A stretch of 30,891 nt of DNA, from NCBI GenBank assembly GCA_046724155.1, contig JBKOWA010000243.1, positions 1 to 30,891 of the forward strand, in the 5' to 3' direction. Made by a program: the position numbers and the translations under genes. Positions 15,829-24,990 of the stretch are shown here, in pieces (the stretch's first letter is position 1; every line of letters starts with the position of its first letter). The DNA comes from Actinomycetota bacterium (GTDB lineage: Bacteria; Actinomycetota; Actinomycetes; Mycobacteriales; JACQDL01). The notes under the pieces were generated by a model. That model did not search any database, had not been told where the DNA came from, and was given only the letters and a program-made list of their open reading frames with translations.

Positions 15829-17028
15829 ATGACTGACCGCTTGACGCCGGATGACCACATCGCCATCGCCGAGCGCTGGAGCGCGCACAACTACCACCCG
15901 TTGCCCGTGGTGCTCACTCATGGGGAGGGCGCCTGGCTGACCGATCTGAACGGCAGGCGCTACCTCGACTTCCTCGCCGGGTACTCCGCGCTCAACTTCG
16001 GCCACCGGCACCCGGACATCGTCGCCGCGGCCAAGGCACAGCTCGACCGGCTGACGCTGACCGGCCGCGCGTTCCACCACGACCAGTTCGGACTGTTCTG
16101 CCGTGAGCTGGCCGAGCTGACGGGCACCGACATGGTGCTGCCCGCCAACTCCGGCGCCGAGGCGGTCGAGTCGGCCCTGAAGATCGCCAGGAAGTGGGCC
16201 TACCAGGTCAAGGGCGTGCCGGACGGCGCCGCCGAGATCGTGGTCGCCGGCGAGAACTTCCACGGCCGCACGACGACCATCGTCTCGTTCTCCACCGACC
16301 CGGACGCCCGCAACGGGTTCGGCCCGTTCACCCCGGGCTTCACGGTGGTGCCGTACGGCGACATCGACGCGCTGCGCTCGGCGGTCACCGAGAACTCGGC
16401 AGCGGTGCTGCTGGAGCCGATCCAGGGCGAGGCGGGTGTGGTCGTCCCGCCGAAGGGGTACCTCGCCGAGGTCCGTCAGCTGTGCGACGACAGCTTCACA
16501 CTGTTCATCGCCGACGAGGTCCAGTCCGGACTGGCCCGCACCGGCGCGACGCTGGCGCTGGACCACGAAGGCGTCCGCGCGGACCTGTACGCCCTGGGCA
16601 AGGCGCTGGGTGGCGGGATCATGCCGGTGTCCGCGGTGGTCGGCCGGGCCGACGTCCTCGGCGTGCTCAAGCCCGGCGAGCACGGCTCGACCTTCGGCGG
16701 CAACCCGGTGGCGTGCGCGGTCGGCCGCGCGGTGGTGCGGTTGCTGGCGACCGGGGAGTTCCAGGAACGGTCCCGCGAACTCGGCGCGTACGTGCACTCC
16801 CGGCTCGGCGAACTGGAGGGCGTCGCCGAGGTCCGCGGCCGCGGCCTGTGGGCCAGCGTGCAGATCGCCGAGGGCAGCCGGACCGGACGCGAGGTGTCCG
16901 AGGCACTGGTCGAGCGCGGCGTGCTGTGCAAGGAATACCATTCGAGCCTCCGGGTGGCGCCGCCGCTGGTGATCACCCGTGCGGAGATCGACTTCGGCAT
17001 CGACGCGCTCGCCGCGGTTCTCGCGTGA
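15829..17028 (+). CDS. rocD: Ornithine--oxo-acid aminotransferase (class III PLP)
   Basis: AHNYHPLPVV, YLDFLAGYSALNFGHRHP, NFHGRT, EPIQGEAG, DEVQSGLARTG, LGKALGGG, HGSTFGGNP. Confidence 0.9.
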   Translation: MTDRLTPDDHIAIAERWSAHNYHPLPVVLTHGEGAWLTDLNGRRYLDFLAGYSALNFGHRHPDIVAAAKAQLDRLTLTGRAFHHDQFGLFCRELAELTGTDMVLPANSGAEAVESALKIARKWAYQVKGVPDGAAEIVVAGENFHGRTTTIVSFSTDPDARNGFGPFTPGFTVVPYGDIDALRSAVTENSAAVLLEPIQGEAGVVVPPKGYLAEVRQLCDDSFTLFIADEVQSGLARTGATLALDHEGVRADLYALGKALGGGIMPVSAVVGRADVLGVLKPGEHGSTFGGNPVACAVGRAVVRLLATGEFQERSRELGAYVHSRLGELEGVAEVRGRGLWASVQIAEGSRTGREVSEALVERGVLCKEYHSSLRVAPPLVITRAEIDFGIDALAAVLA

Positions 17029-17067
17029 CCCGCCCGGTGCGCCCGGACGAGGAAAACCGGGAATGGG

Positions 17068-18318
17068 TTGAGGACGGTGTGGCGGGGGCCGAAGGTGCGG
17101 CTTGACCAGTACCGGAAGGTGGTCGCCGTCCGGGGCTTCCCCCTGGTCATGGCGCTCGGGCTGCTCGCCAAGCTGCCGATCGTGGCGATCCCGATCATCC
17201 TGACCCTGCACGTGGCGACCGGGCTCGATCGCGGGTACGGGCAGGCGGGCCTGGTGATCGGGGCGTGGACCGCGGGGGTCACCGTCAGTGCGCCCGTCCT
17301 GGGCCGGTTCATGCAGCGGTACGGCCTTCGGCCGGTGCTGGCGGTCGTCACCCTGGCCCAGGGGGTGTTCTGGGGCCTGGCGCCGCAGCTGTCGTTCCCG
17401 GTCTTCGCGGCGGGTGCACTCGCCTCAGGGCTGCTGCTGGTGTCGGGCTCCACCGTGGTCCGGCTGGCCATCGGCGGGCTGGTCCCGCAGGAACATCGGC
17501 ACACGGCCTTCGCGGTGGACTCGGTGATCACCGAAGTCTCGATCATGATCGGCCCCGCCCTGGCCGTTCTGGTCACCTCTCAGACCTCCACGAAGGGTGC
17601 GCTGACCAGTCTCTGTGTCGCCCTGGTCATCAGCTGCGGCGCCCTGGCGGTGTTCAATCCCAGGATCGAAGGGGCGCCCGCGGCCGGCGGTACGAACGCT
17701 CCAGCCGCCGCAGCGCCGCGGAACTGGCTGACCGTCCGGTTGGTCGCCGTTCTCGCCTGCTCGCTGTCGGCCGGAGCGATCGTCACGGGGTACGAGGTCG
17801 TCGTCGTCGGCACGCTGCGGTCCACGGGCCAGCTCGGGTGGACGGGGCTGGTGCTCTTCGGATGCGGGGTGTGCTCGCTGGTCGGCGGGCTGGTGTACGG
17901 GGCTCTTCCGCGCGGCCTTCCGGTGCCGTTGATGATCGGTCTGCTGGCTTTGGCCACGATGCCCCTGGGGCTGGTGGGGCCGCGCTGGTGGGTGCTCGCC
18001 CTGGCGATCGTCCCGGCCGCGGCACTGGTCGCGCCGGGGTTCGCCGCGACCGCGAACGCTGTCAGTCAAGAGGCCGGGTACGGCAGCCAGGCGGTCGTCA
18101 TGAGCGTCTATGGATCCGCGCTCAGCGCCGGCAGCTCGATCGGCGCGCCACTGGCGGGAGCGGCCTTCGAGTCGGGTGGCGCCGAGGCCGGTTTCGCGTC
18201 GGTGGGCGGACTGGGCGTGATCGTCGCGGTCTCGGCCTGGACCGTGCTGGGGCGCCGTTCGGAACGGGTGCGCGAGGACTACGTCCCAGCTACCCAAGGT
18301 ATGCCGGTTGAAAGGTAA
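17068..18318 (+). CDS. MFS transporter (probable exporter)
   Basis: About 12 hydrophobic segments, motif-A-like GRFMQRYGLRPVL, two-halved architecture. Start may be GTG 17095. Confidence 0.88.
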   Translation: MRTVWRGPKVRLDQYRKVVAVRGFPLVMALGLLAKLPIVAIPIILTLHVATGLDRGYGQAGLVIGAWTAGVTVSAPVLGRFMQRYGLRPVLAVVTLAQGVFWGLAPQLSFPVFAAGALASGLLLVSGSTVVRLAIGGLVPQEHRHTAFAVDSVITEVSIMIGPALAVLVTSQTSTKGALTSLCVALVISCGALAVFNPRIEGAPAAGGTNAPAAAAPRNWLTVRLVAVLACSLSAGAIVTGYEVVVVGTLRSTGQLGWTGLVLFGCGVCSLVGGLVYGALPRGLPVPLMIGLLALATMPLGLVGPRWWVLALAIVPAAALVAPGFAATANAVSQEAGYGSQAVVMSVYGSALSAGSSIGAPLAGAAFESGGAEAGFASVGGLGVIVAVSAWTVLGRRSERVREDYVPATQGMPVER

Positions 18319-18321
18319 GGA

Positions 18322-18411
18322 ATGCCTGCTCCGCAGAATGTCGGCGTGGTCGGCTCGTATGCGTCGATGCGGTTGCTCGCGGAAGAGCTGAAGGCGGGAG
18401 TCGCGGCATGA
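18322..18411 (+). CDS. 29-aa small ORF or gene remnant
   Basis: MPAPQNVGVVGSYASMRLLAEELKAGVAA*. AAGG just upstream; the stop overlaps the ATG of the next gene (ATGA). Confidence 0.3.
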   Translation: MPAPQNVGVVGSYASMRLLAEELKAGVAA

Positions 18412-19658
18412 CGATCTTGGAACTCGACGGCGCCGAACATGTCGTCATCGTCAACCGGTGGGCGGAGCGCTACGCGGACTTCTCGCGGTACGCCGACCAT
18501 CGGGCACATCGGGTCACCTATGTGAGCACAGCGGTGGGGCTGTCCGCCATCCCCGCCGAGGCCACCGAGGTGGTCACGGTGAAGGCCACCGACGACCTGG
18601 CGGAAGTGACCGCCGCGGTGGACGGCCTGGCGCGCCGTCACGGGGCTCCGGACCGTATTGTGGCGCTGAAGGAGGACGATCTCCTGGTCGGTGCCGCCCT
18701 GCGGGAGAAGTGGGAGGTGCCGGGCCCCCGGGTGGACCAGCTGCTGCCGTTCCGGGACAAGTTCCTGATGGCGACGCGGGTGGCCGAGGCAGGGGTGGCG
18801 GTGCCGGATTTCGCCCTGGTGCCCGACGCGCAGGCCGTGCGGGGGTTCGCCGAGCGCGCCGGCTGGCCGGTCATCGTCAAACCGACGGTCGGCAGTTCCA
18901 GCGCCGGCGTGGTCCGGCTCGACGGACCGGGTGACCTGAGCGGGCTCTCCTTCGACGAGGGCCCCCTGCTGGCACAGGTGTTCAACCCGCACCAGATCTA
19001 CCACGTGGACGGGGTCTTCACCGGAGAACGACTGTTGGTCGTGCGCGCCTCCCGGTACCTGAACAACTGCCTGGGATTCCGTGGCGGTGGGACTCTGGGC
19101 TCGGTGGAGGAGAGCGACCCGGAAATCACGGGGATTATCGCCGAGTTCACGCTGCGGGCCATGCGTGCACTGTCGGACCGGGCCCTGGTCTTTCATCTCG
19201 AAATGTTCCTGGACGTGGATACGGGTTCCTGTGCCTTCCTGGAGGTCGGCGCCCGGGCGGGCGGCGCGGAGATCCCGCTGCTCTGGCGGGAGGTCCACGG
19301 GCACGACCTGATGGAAACCGCGTTCCGGATTCAGATGGGCCTGCGGATCCGTGCGGAGGCCCCACGGATCGCGGACGAGGTCGGCGGCTGGCTGCTCGTT
19401 CCGGCGCCGGTGAACCGTCCCTGCCGGATCACCGAGATCACACCGATGGTGGGCCGGCAGCCGGGCCCTTACGCCGAGGTGTTGCTGAGGGTGGGAGAGG
19501 TCCTGCCCGATGCCGACTCGTACTACGAGCACGTCGGCGGCCGCTTCCGGTTCCGGGGGGAGTCCAGCCAGGCCGTGGAGGCGGCGATCCGCACGATCGC
19601 GGCCGATTTCCGGGTGAGCGCGGAACCCGTGAGCCTGGTGCGGCGAACACCGGAGTGA
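18408..19658 (+). CDS. ATP-grasp ligase 1 (L-amino-acid ligase-like)
   Basis: FRDKFLM, GWPVIVKPTVGSSSAGV, YHVDG, FHLEMF, FLEVGARAGG. Confidence 0.88.
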   Translation: MTILELDGAEHVVIVNRWAERYADFSRYADHRAHRVTYVSTAVGLSAIPAEATEVVTVKATDDLAEVTAAVDGLARRHGAPDRIVALKEDDLLVGAALREKWEVPGPRVDQLLPFRDKFLMATRVAEAGVAVPDFALVPDAQAVRGFAERAGWPVIVKPTVGSSSAGVVRLDGPGDLSGLSFDEGPLLAQVFNPHQIYHVDGVFTGERLLVVRASRYLNNCLGFRGGGTLGSVEESDPEITGIIAEFTLRAMRALSDRALVFHLEMFLDVDTGSCAFLEVGARAGGAEIPLLWREVHGHDLMETAFRIQMGLRIRAEAPRIADEVGGWLLVPAPVNRPCRITEITPMVGRQPGPYAEVLLRVGEVLPDADSYYEHVGGRFRFRGESSQAVEAAIRTIAADFRVSAEPVSLVRRTPE

Positions 19659-19729
19659 AGAGGATGGGCATGGAATACGAGACCACGCCGGCGACGCGCG
19701 GTACCTCGGGCGTCAATGGAGCGCCAGAA

Positions 19730-21025
19730 TCACCTGGCAGGGAACGTCTTTCCTTGTCGAGGGTTGTCGTCGTAGAGGTAGTCGCGTTCGATTTGCCGCA
19801 GCTTCTCGTAGTCGGCGCGAATCTCTTCCGGATCATCGGAGATGAGAAATATCCACCCCGGCTGGGTCGCGACATCGATCGTTCGCGGAAGCGGGTGCCC
19901 TTCCGGATGCGCCATGAGGGTATGGGCGTAGGACGGTAGCGCGCGGATGGCGGCCATCGTCTCGTGGGACGGGACCACGCCGTGGTCCCTCGGGTTGATC
20001 AGAGACACGTCACGTGGGTGCTGCAGCAGCTGGTACACGGTGGTTGGCAGGCGGTTGAACTCGTCCGGGTCCACCACGGCCAGCGTGAAGAGCTCTATCT
20101 GGTTGGTGCCGAAACAGCGCGTGTTGATCTCCGGAACCTGGCCACCGCCGAAGCGTGCGGCACACTCGACGAGCACCGGCCCGCCGGCGGTCAGCATGAC
20201 CTCGGTGTGGGCGGCCCAGTTGCGGATCTCCAGGGCGTCGAGCACCTGGTGAGTGTAGGACTCCAGCTTTTTGGCGACCGGGTCGTCCGGCGCCAGCGGC
20301 TCGTCGTAGTCGTAGATGATGTTGCCGCCGGCGAGCCGAATCTTGTAGTACCGCCAGATCTCGACGGTGTGATGCCTGCCGTCACGACTGACCGTGTTGA
20401 CGAAGTACTCTTCCCCGGCCAGGAACTCCTGCGCGAGCACCACCGTATTGGGCTTCCCGTGACGGTCGGTACTGGTCATGATCTTTTCGTGGACGGCGCG
20501 AACCTGCTCCGGAGACGAACATGCCGCGACGTTGTCCGTGCCGGAGCTGGCGACCGGTTTCAGGACGACCGGGTAGCCTGCGGTCGTCTCGGCCCACGCG
20601 ATGATGTCGTCGGCATCGGATGCGACTGTGGTGGCCGCGTGTGCCAGTCCGGCATCGCGCAGTGCCAGGACCATGTCATATTTGTTGCGTCGGGCCGTCG
20701 GTCGGCTCATCCCGTTGCCGGGAGTGTCGAGCTCGGCGGAGAGCTGGTCGGCCAGCTCGACGCCCGACTCCCCGGCGGCGATCACGTAGCTGACCCCACG
20801 CGCACGCAGCGCGGCCGCCGTGGCCACGACGTCACCGTCATGGCGGACATTGTCGACGAAACCATCGGGGATCGGCAGCCGAGCCAGGTGAACGTCGGGG
20901 CTCGGCGACTGGACGTGCACACACTCCACGTCGTGCCGGTGCAGCGCGGGCAGCAGGTGGCGCCCCATCGAGTACGCGTCGACCAACGCCGCTCGTGTCG
21001 TCTGCGCGCGAGAACTGGTTGGCAT
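19730..21025 (-). CDS. ATP-grasp ligase 2 (NikS/L-amino-acid ligase-like)
   Basis: LVDAYSMG, RRNKYDM, YPVVLKPVASSGTDNV, QEFLAGEEYFVN, AHTEVML, LVECAARFGGG. Confidence 0.88.
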   Translation of the reverse strand: MPTSSRAQTTRAALVDAYSMGRHLLPALHRHDVECVHVQSPSPDVHLARLPIPDGFVDNVRHDGDVVATAAALRARGVSYVIAAGESGVELADQLSAELDTPGNGMSRPTARRNKYDMVLALRDAGLAHAATTVASDADDIIAWAETTAGYPVVLKPVASSGTDNVAACSSPEQVRAVHEKIMTSTDRHGKPNTVVLAQEFLAGEEYFVNTVSRDGRHHTVEIWRYYKIRLAGGNIIYDYDEPLAPDDPVAKKLESYTHQVLDALEIRNWAAHTEVMLTAGGPVLVECAARFGGGQVPEINTRCFGTNQIELFTLAVVDPDEFNRLPTTVYQLLQHPRDVSLINPRDHGVVPSHETMAAIRALPSYAHTLMAHPEGHPLPRTIDVATQPGWIFLISDDPEEIRADYEKLRQIERDYLYDDNPRQGKTFPAR

Positions 21026-21077
21026 CGTCAGCTCCTTCCTCAGTGAGTCGGGATAGTCCTCGGACGGGAGGTTCCGG

Positions 21078-21923
21078 TTATGCCGAATTCGTTGTCACCG
21101 AATTCGTTGTCACCGTGGTGCCGGACCCGGCCAGCGCTCGGCTGACCGGGCTGGGTACCCGCCCGTCCGCTATGCGTACCGACGCCACTCCGCCGGCCAG
21201 TGCCTCACGTGCCGCAACGAGTTTGAGTGCCATGCCACCGCCGGCGAACCGGCCCGGCGCGCCGGTCGCCGGCACCTCGTAGGTACTCAGCACGCTGGTG
21301 TCGTCGTCGGGATCGGCGAGTACCCCTGGTGCGCCGGTCAGCAGCACCAGCTGGTCAGCACCGAGTGCCGCCGCGAGCGCTGCCGCGACGCGGTCGGCGT
21401 CGACGTTCACCGGGTGGTCGTGCTCGTCGATCGCGGGCGGTGAGACCACCGGCACGAAGCCGGACCGCAGCAGGGTTTCCGCCAGTTCGGTGCGCACCTC
21501 GCTGAGCCGGCCGCTGAGGTTGTCCCGGACCAGTGTCGTCCGACCATCCACAACGGACCGGACGGCGGACTTGCGGCGGGCGCGCAGCATGCCGCCGTCC
21601 AGGCCGGTGAGGCCGACCGCGGGCACCCCGAGCCGGGACAGCTCCGCGACGATGCTTGGTTTGACCCCACCGGCCAGCGCGAGGATGACCACCTCCAGCG
21701 TCGCCGGGTCGGTGTACCTGGTGGACACCTTGTCCGGGGCGACGAGGGTGCGTTGCGGGACACCGAGTCTCCCGGCCAGTCGGGCGATCTCCCCAGAACC
21801 TCCGTGCACCAGGAGAACCGACTGCCCGGCACGGACGAGCCCGGCGACGTCGGCGCAGATGCCCGCGGCGTCGACGGCCGGGTTGCCGCCGCACTTGACG
21901 ACTGTCAGCGGTCTGGCGGTCAC
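21078..21923 (-). CDS. lysZ: [LysW]-glutamate/aminoadipate kinase (LysZ/ArgB family)
   Basis: VVKCGG, LVHGGSGEI, RYTD, GLTGLDG, NVDADRVAA, GGMALKL. GGAGA RBS before GTG 21923. Confidence 0.9.
   Translation of the reverse strand: MTARPLTVVKCGGNPAVDAAGICADVAGLVRAGQSVLLVHGGSGEIARLAGRLGVPQRTLVAPDKVSTRYTDPATLEVVILALAGGVKPSIVAELSRLGVPAVGLTGLDGGMLRARRKSAVRSVVDGRTTLVRDNLSGRLSEVRTELAETLLRSGFVPVVSPPAIDEHDHPVNVDADRVAAALAAALGADQLVLLTGAPGVLADPDDDTSVLSTYEVPATGAPGRFAGGGMALKLVAAREALAGGVASVRIADGRVPSPVSRALAGSGTTVTTNSVTTNSA
21083..21115. repeat. 15-bp tandem duplication at the lysZ 3' end
   Basis: CCGAATTCGTTGTCA x2 + CCG, giving C-terminal VTTNS-VTTNS. Confidence 0.9.
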
Positions 21924-21946
21924 GGTGTCTCCAGTTCGCCGGGGCC

Positions 21947-22972
21947 TCAGACGGGATGCAGGCCGGGGAAGGACAGGCCGAGTGCTTCCGGCCAGCCCAT
22001 GCGGATGTTCAGGCACTGGACCGCATTGCCCGCGCCGCCCTTCATGAGGTTGTCCAGTGCCGCGATGGTCACCAGCCGTCCGGCCTCCTCGTCGACGGCG
22101 TACCCGACATCGCAGAAGTTCGATCCCAGCAGGATCTTCGGCTCCGGGTAACGGAAAATGCCGCGCTGGTGGGCGACCAGACGGACGAACGGCTCGTTCT
22201 GGTACTGCTCGCGGAACGCCCTGCGCACCGCCGACTTGTTCACACCGGGGCGCAGCGTGGCGTGACAGACCGTCTGCACACCTCGTACCGCCTCGACTCC
22301 GGTCGCGGTCATGGTGGCCGGAATGCCGAGGTGCCGGGAGATCTCCGCCTCGTGCCGGTGCCCGGTCGGTGCGAACACCCGCATCGCCCCGCTGCGCTCG
22401 GCATGCAGGTTCGCCTCGCCCGCGGTGGCACCGGAACCGCTGGACCCGGTGCGCGCGTCGAGCCGGGCCATCGGCTCGACCAGGCCCCGGGCCACGAGTG
22501 GGTACAGCGCGAGCACGCCCGCCACCGCCATGCAGCCGGGCACGCTGACCAGGTCGGCGCTGCGCAGGCTCTCCCTGTGCAGTTCGGGTATCCCGGGGAC
22601 GAAGTCGCCGAGCAGGTGCGGCGCGGCGTGCGCGTTCCCGTAGTAGCGCTGGTAGACCTCGGTGTCGTCCAGCCGGAAGTCCCCGGTGAGGTCGATGACC
22701 TGCTTGGCCGGTCCGATCCAGCGGTCGATCTGTGTCATGGCGGCGCGGTGCGGCGTGGCCAGGAACACCGTGTCGCACTCATCCACCTCATCGGCCGAAC
22801 AGAACAGCAGGTCGGTGGCGGACCGCAGGTTCGGATGGACACCGTCGACCCGCTTGCCGGGGAACCGGGACGACACCGCGGCCGTCACCTCGACCTCGGG
22901 GTGGCCGATGAGTAGTCGCAGCAGCTCACCGCCGATGTATCCGGCCGCACCGACCACCGCGACGCGGATCAC
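21947..22972 (-). CDS. lysY: [LysW]-glutamyl/aminoadipyl-phosphate reductase (LysY/ArgC family)
   Basis: VAVVGAAGYIGGELLRLL, FLATPH, IDLTGDFRL, VPGCMA, SSGSG, LDNLMKGGAGNAVQCLN. Alternative start at 22990. Confidence 0.92.
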   Translation of the reverse strand: MIRVAVVGAAGYIGGELLRLLIGHPEVEVTAAVSSRFPGKRVDGVHPNLRSATDLLFCSADEVDECDTVFLATPHRAAMTQIDRWIGPAKQVIDLTGDFRLDDTEVYQRYYGNAHAAPHLLGDFVPGIPELHRESLRSADLVSVPGCMAVAGVLALYPLVARGLVEPMARLDARTGSSGSGATAGEANLHAERSGAMRVFAPTGHRHEAEISRHLGIPATMTATGVEAVRGVQTVCHATLRPGVNKSAVRRAFREQYQNEPFVRLVAHQRGIFRYPEPKILLGSNFCDVGYAVDEEAGRLVTIAALDNLMKGGAGNAVQCLNIRMGWPEALGLSFPGLHPV

Positions 22973-23012
22973 GACCAGGACCCGGTGCACGCCGCACGCC
23001 TGCGCACGACGA

Positions 23013-23186
23013 CTACTCTCCCCAGTCCTCTTCGACCTCGGGCGCGAGGGCGAGCACCACCGGGCTCAACGCCACGATCTCCAGTTCGTTTCGGCAGCCC
23101 GCACACTCGACGATCTCGTTGAGCCGCACCGAGTGGCCGATCTGCACCTCGTCCTCGCACTCCGGGCAGGTCTGCGCTGTGGTCAT
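23013..23186 (-). CDS. lysW: Amino-group carrier protein LysW/AmCP, 57 aa
   Basis: CPEC...CAGC zinc ribbon and the invariant C-terminal EDWGE. GAAAGGA RBS. Confidence 0.96.
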   Translation of the reverse strand: MTTAQTCPECEDEVQIGHSVRLNEIVECAGCRNELEIVALSPVVLALAPEVEEDWGE

Positions 23187-24151
23187 GTGGTGGTGTCCTT
23201 TCGGTCGGTCGTCCGGGAGCGGGCAGCCGTGTCGAGGGCGGTGCGGACCGTCCGCACGACCCGCTCCGCGGTGAGGTCGTAGTGCGTGACGAGGTGTTCC
23301 TGGCTGCCGACCGCGTCGACGAACTGATCCGGCATGCCCAGCCTCAACACCCTCGTGGGCGCTGCCTCCGCCAGTGCTTCGGCCACCGCGCCGCCGAGGC
23401 CGCCGTTGCGCCAGTGCTCTTCGACAGTCACGACGAGCGTGGCCGGTCGCGCCGCGGCCACCAGTGTCTCCGTGTCGAGCGGCCGCAGCGTGTGCAGGTT
23501 CAGCACGGTGGTTTCGATGCCTTGCCCGGCAAGGACATCCGCTGCGGCGAGGCAGGCGAGCACCGGGTACGGGCCGCAGCACGCGAGCACCACGTCGCCG
23601 CCCTGCCGCAGCGTCTGTGCCTGCCCGATGACCGGGGGAGGGGATGCGGGCAGCGGCGGTGACGGTTTGCGGCCGAGCCGGACGTAGAGCGGTCCGGCCA
23701 GGCTCAGGCTCTGCTCGACGAACGCCTCCGTGGCGGCGGCGTCGGCAGGCACCACCACCGTCATTCCCGGCAGCACCCGTAGCACGGCGAGGTCTTCCAG
23801 GGCCTGGTGAGTCGGACCGAGGTGGCCCGCGGCGAGCCCGCCGTGGGTGGCCATGATGCGGACCGGCAACCGGTTGTAGGCGATGTCGATCTTGACGGCT
23901 TCCAGCGCGCGGGATGCGGCGAAGGCGGCCATCGTGTTGACGAACGGAATCCGCCCGCACGCGGCCAGCCCGGCTGCTATGCCCATCAGGTTGTGCTCGG
24001 CGATGCCGAGGTTGAGGTACTGCTCGCCGGCCGCTGTGGCGTGCTCCGCGCTGAACAGGCCGGTGTCGGTGTCCAGGCAGATCAGGTCGGGATGCCGGTT
24101 CAGCAAGGGAAGCAGACAGTCCCGGTAGGCCTCTCGGGTCGAGCGGCTCAT
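23183..24151 (-). CDS. Transketolase C-terminal subunit (pyrimidine-binding + C domain)
   Basis: NLGIAEHNLMGIAAGLA, HLGPTHQALED, PLYVRLGR, RPLD, VTVEEH, GGLG. 4-nt overlaps with both neighbours. Confidence 0.92.
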   Translation of the reverse strand: MSRSTREAYRDCLLPLLNRHPDLICLDTDTGLFSAEHATAAGEQYLNLGIAEHNLMGIAAGLAACGRIPFVNTMAAFAASRALEAVKIDIAYNRLPVRIMATHGGLAAGHLGPTHQALEDLAVLRVLPGMTVVVPADAAATEAFVEQSLSLAGPLYVRLGRKPSPPLPASPPPVIGQAQTLRQGGDVVLACCGPYPVLACLAAADVLAGQGIETTVLNLHTLRPLDTETLVAAARPATLVVTVEEHWRNGGLGGAVAEALAEAAPTRVLRLGMPDQFVDAVGSQEHLVTHYDLTAERVVRTVRTALDTAARSRTTDRKDTTT

Positions 24152-24990
24152 CGGGCGGGATCCGTGGTCCGCAGCGCGCCGATCGCCCGTGCGTGGTTGC
24201 GCTTCGACAGCGTCACGTAGTGGCTGGCTGCCCGGCCGGCGAGGAACGGGAGCCCGTGGCCCTTGACCGTGCGGGCGATCAGCACGCTCGGCCGGCCCGG
24301 CTCCCACGGCGCGGCGGCGAGGTGGTCTGCCAGCTGGGCTGCGTCGTGGCCGTCCACGTCGCGGACCGCCCAGCCGAAACCGCGCCAGCGGTCGGCCAGT
24401 GGCTCCATCGGCGCGACTCGCTCGGTGGAACCGGTCAGCTGCAGCCCGTTGCGGTCCACCACGGCGACCAGCCGGTCCAGCCGCAGCGACGCGGCCGCGA
24501 TCGCCGCCTCCCACACCGAACCTTCCTGGAGCTCGCCGTCGCCGAGCAGCACGAAGCTGCGCGAGTCACGGCCGGCGTACCGGGTGGCCAGCGCGAACCC
24601 GCAGGCCAGCGCGAGACCGTGGCCGAGGGACCCGGTCGGCAGCTCCACGCCGGGCACCGCGCGTACCGGATGGCCCATCAGCCTGCTGCCGGGCCGGCCG
24701 TATCCGGCGAGTTCCTCGACCGGAAGGAAACCCCGTTCGGCCAGCGTCGCGTACAGGGCAACGGCGGCGTGGCCCTTGCTGAGCAGGAAACGGTCGCGGG
24801 CCGGGTCGTCGGGCCGCTGCGGGTCCACGTTCAGCACCGAGAAGTACAACGCGGTGAGCACCTCGACACAGGAGAACGCGCCGCCGAGATGGCCGCCTTC
24901 CGGTCCCGCACACATGTCGACGACGTGCGAGCGGATGCGTGCGGAGACCGACTCCAGCGTGTCCCGCGCCGGGACCGGGGCGGCGGTCAT
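24148..24990 (-). CDS. Transketolase N-terminal (ThDP-binding) subunit
   Basis: [59 protein letters not shown]. Confidence 0.92.
   Translation of the reverse strand: MTAAPVPARDTLESVSARIRSHVVDMCAGPEGGHLGGAFSCVEVLTALYFSVLNVDPQRPDDPARDRFLLSKGHAAVALYATLAERGFLPVEELAGYGRPGSRLMGHPVRAVPGVELPTGSLGHGLALACGFALATRYAGRDSRSFVLLGDGELQEGSVWEAAIAAASLRLDRLVAVVDRNGLQLTGSTERVAPMEPLADRWRGFGWAVRDVDGHDAAQLADHLAAAPWEPGRPSVLIARTVKGHGLPFLAGRAASHYVTLSKRNHARAIGALRTTDPAR

Noticed and set aside
15427-17028. 533-aa ORF taken as one genuine protein
   Set aside because: Its first ~70 codons cross the duplicated promoter and an indel-shifted fragment. Only 15829 onward is OAT-like; the possible 44-aa extension is reported as a finding.
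3394-17211. Long antisense or alternate-frame ORFs (e.g. 3394-4923, 5258-7141, 5943-7706, 9012-10262, 15574-17211)
   Set aside because: Shadow ORFs expected in high-GC DNA. They are Arg/Pro/Gly/Ala-rich, lack motifs and overlap well-supported genes.
6093-21115. CRISPR-like or REP arrays
   Set aside because: The repeats found are head-to-tail or two-copy with no unique spacers, and there are no cas genes.
2795-23186. Primary lysine/arginine biosynthesis via LysW
   Set aside because: No homocitrate/aminoadipate genes or argF/G/H. The lys genes are interleaved with transketolase, NRPS and BtrH-like genes typical of secondary metabolism.
1790-24514. Extended N-termini in the ORF track (sulfotransferase, lysK, SDR, lysZ, lysW, transketolase subunits)
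   Set aside because: The extensions overlap neighbouring genes or promoters. Shorter starts have RBSs or 4-nt overlaps and family-typical lengths.
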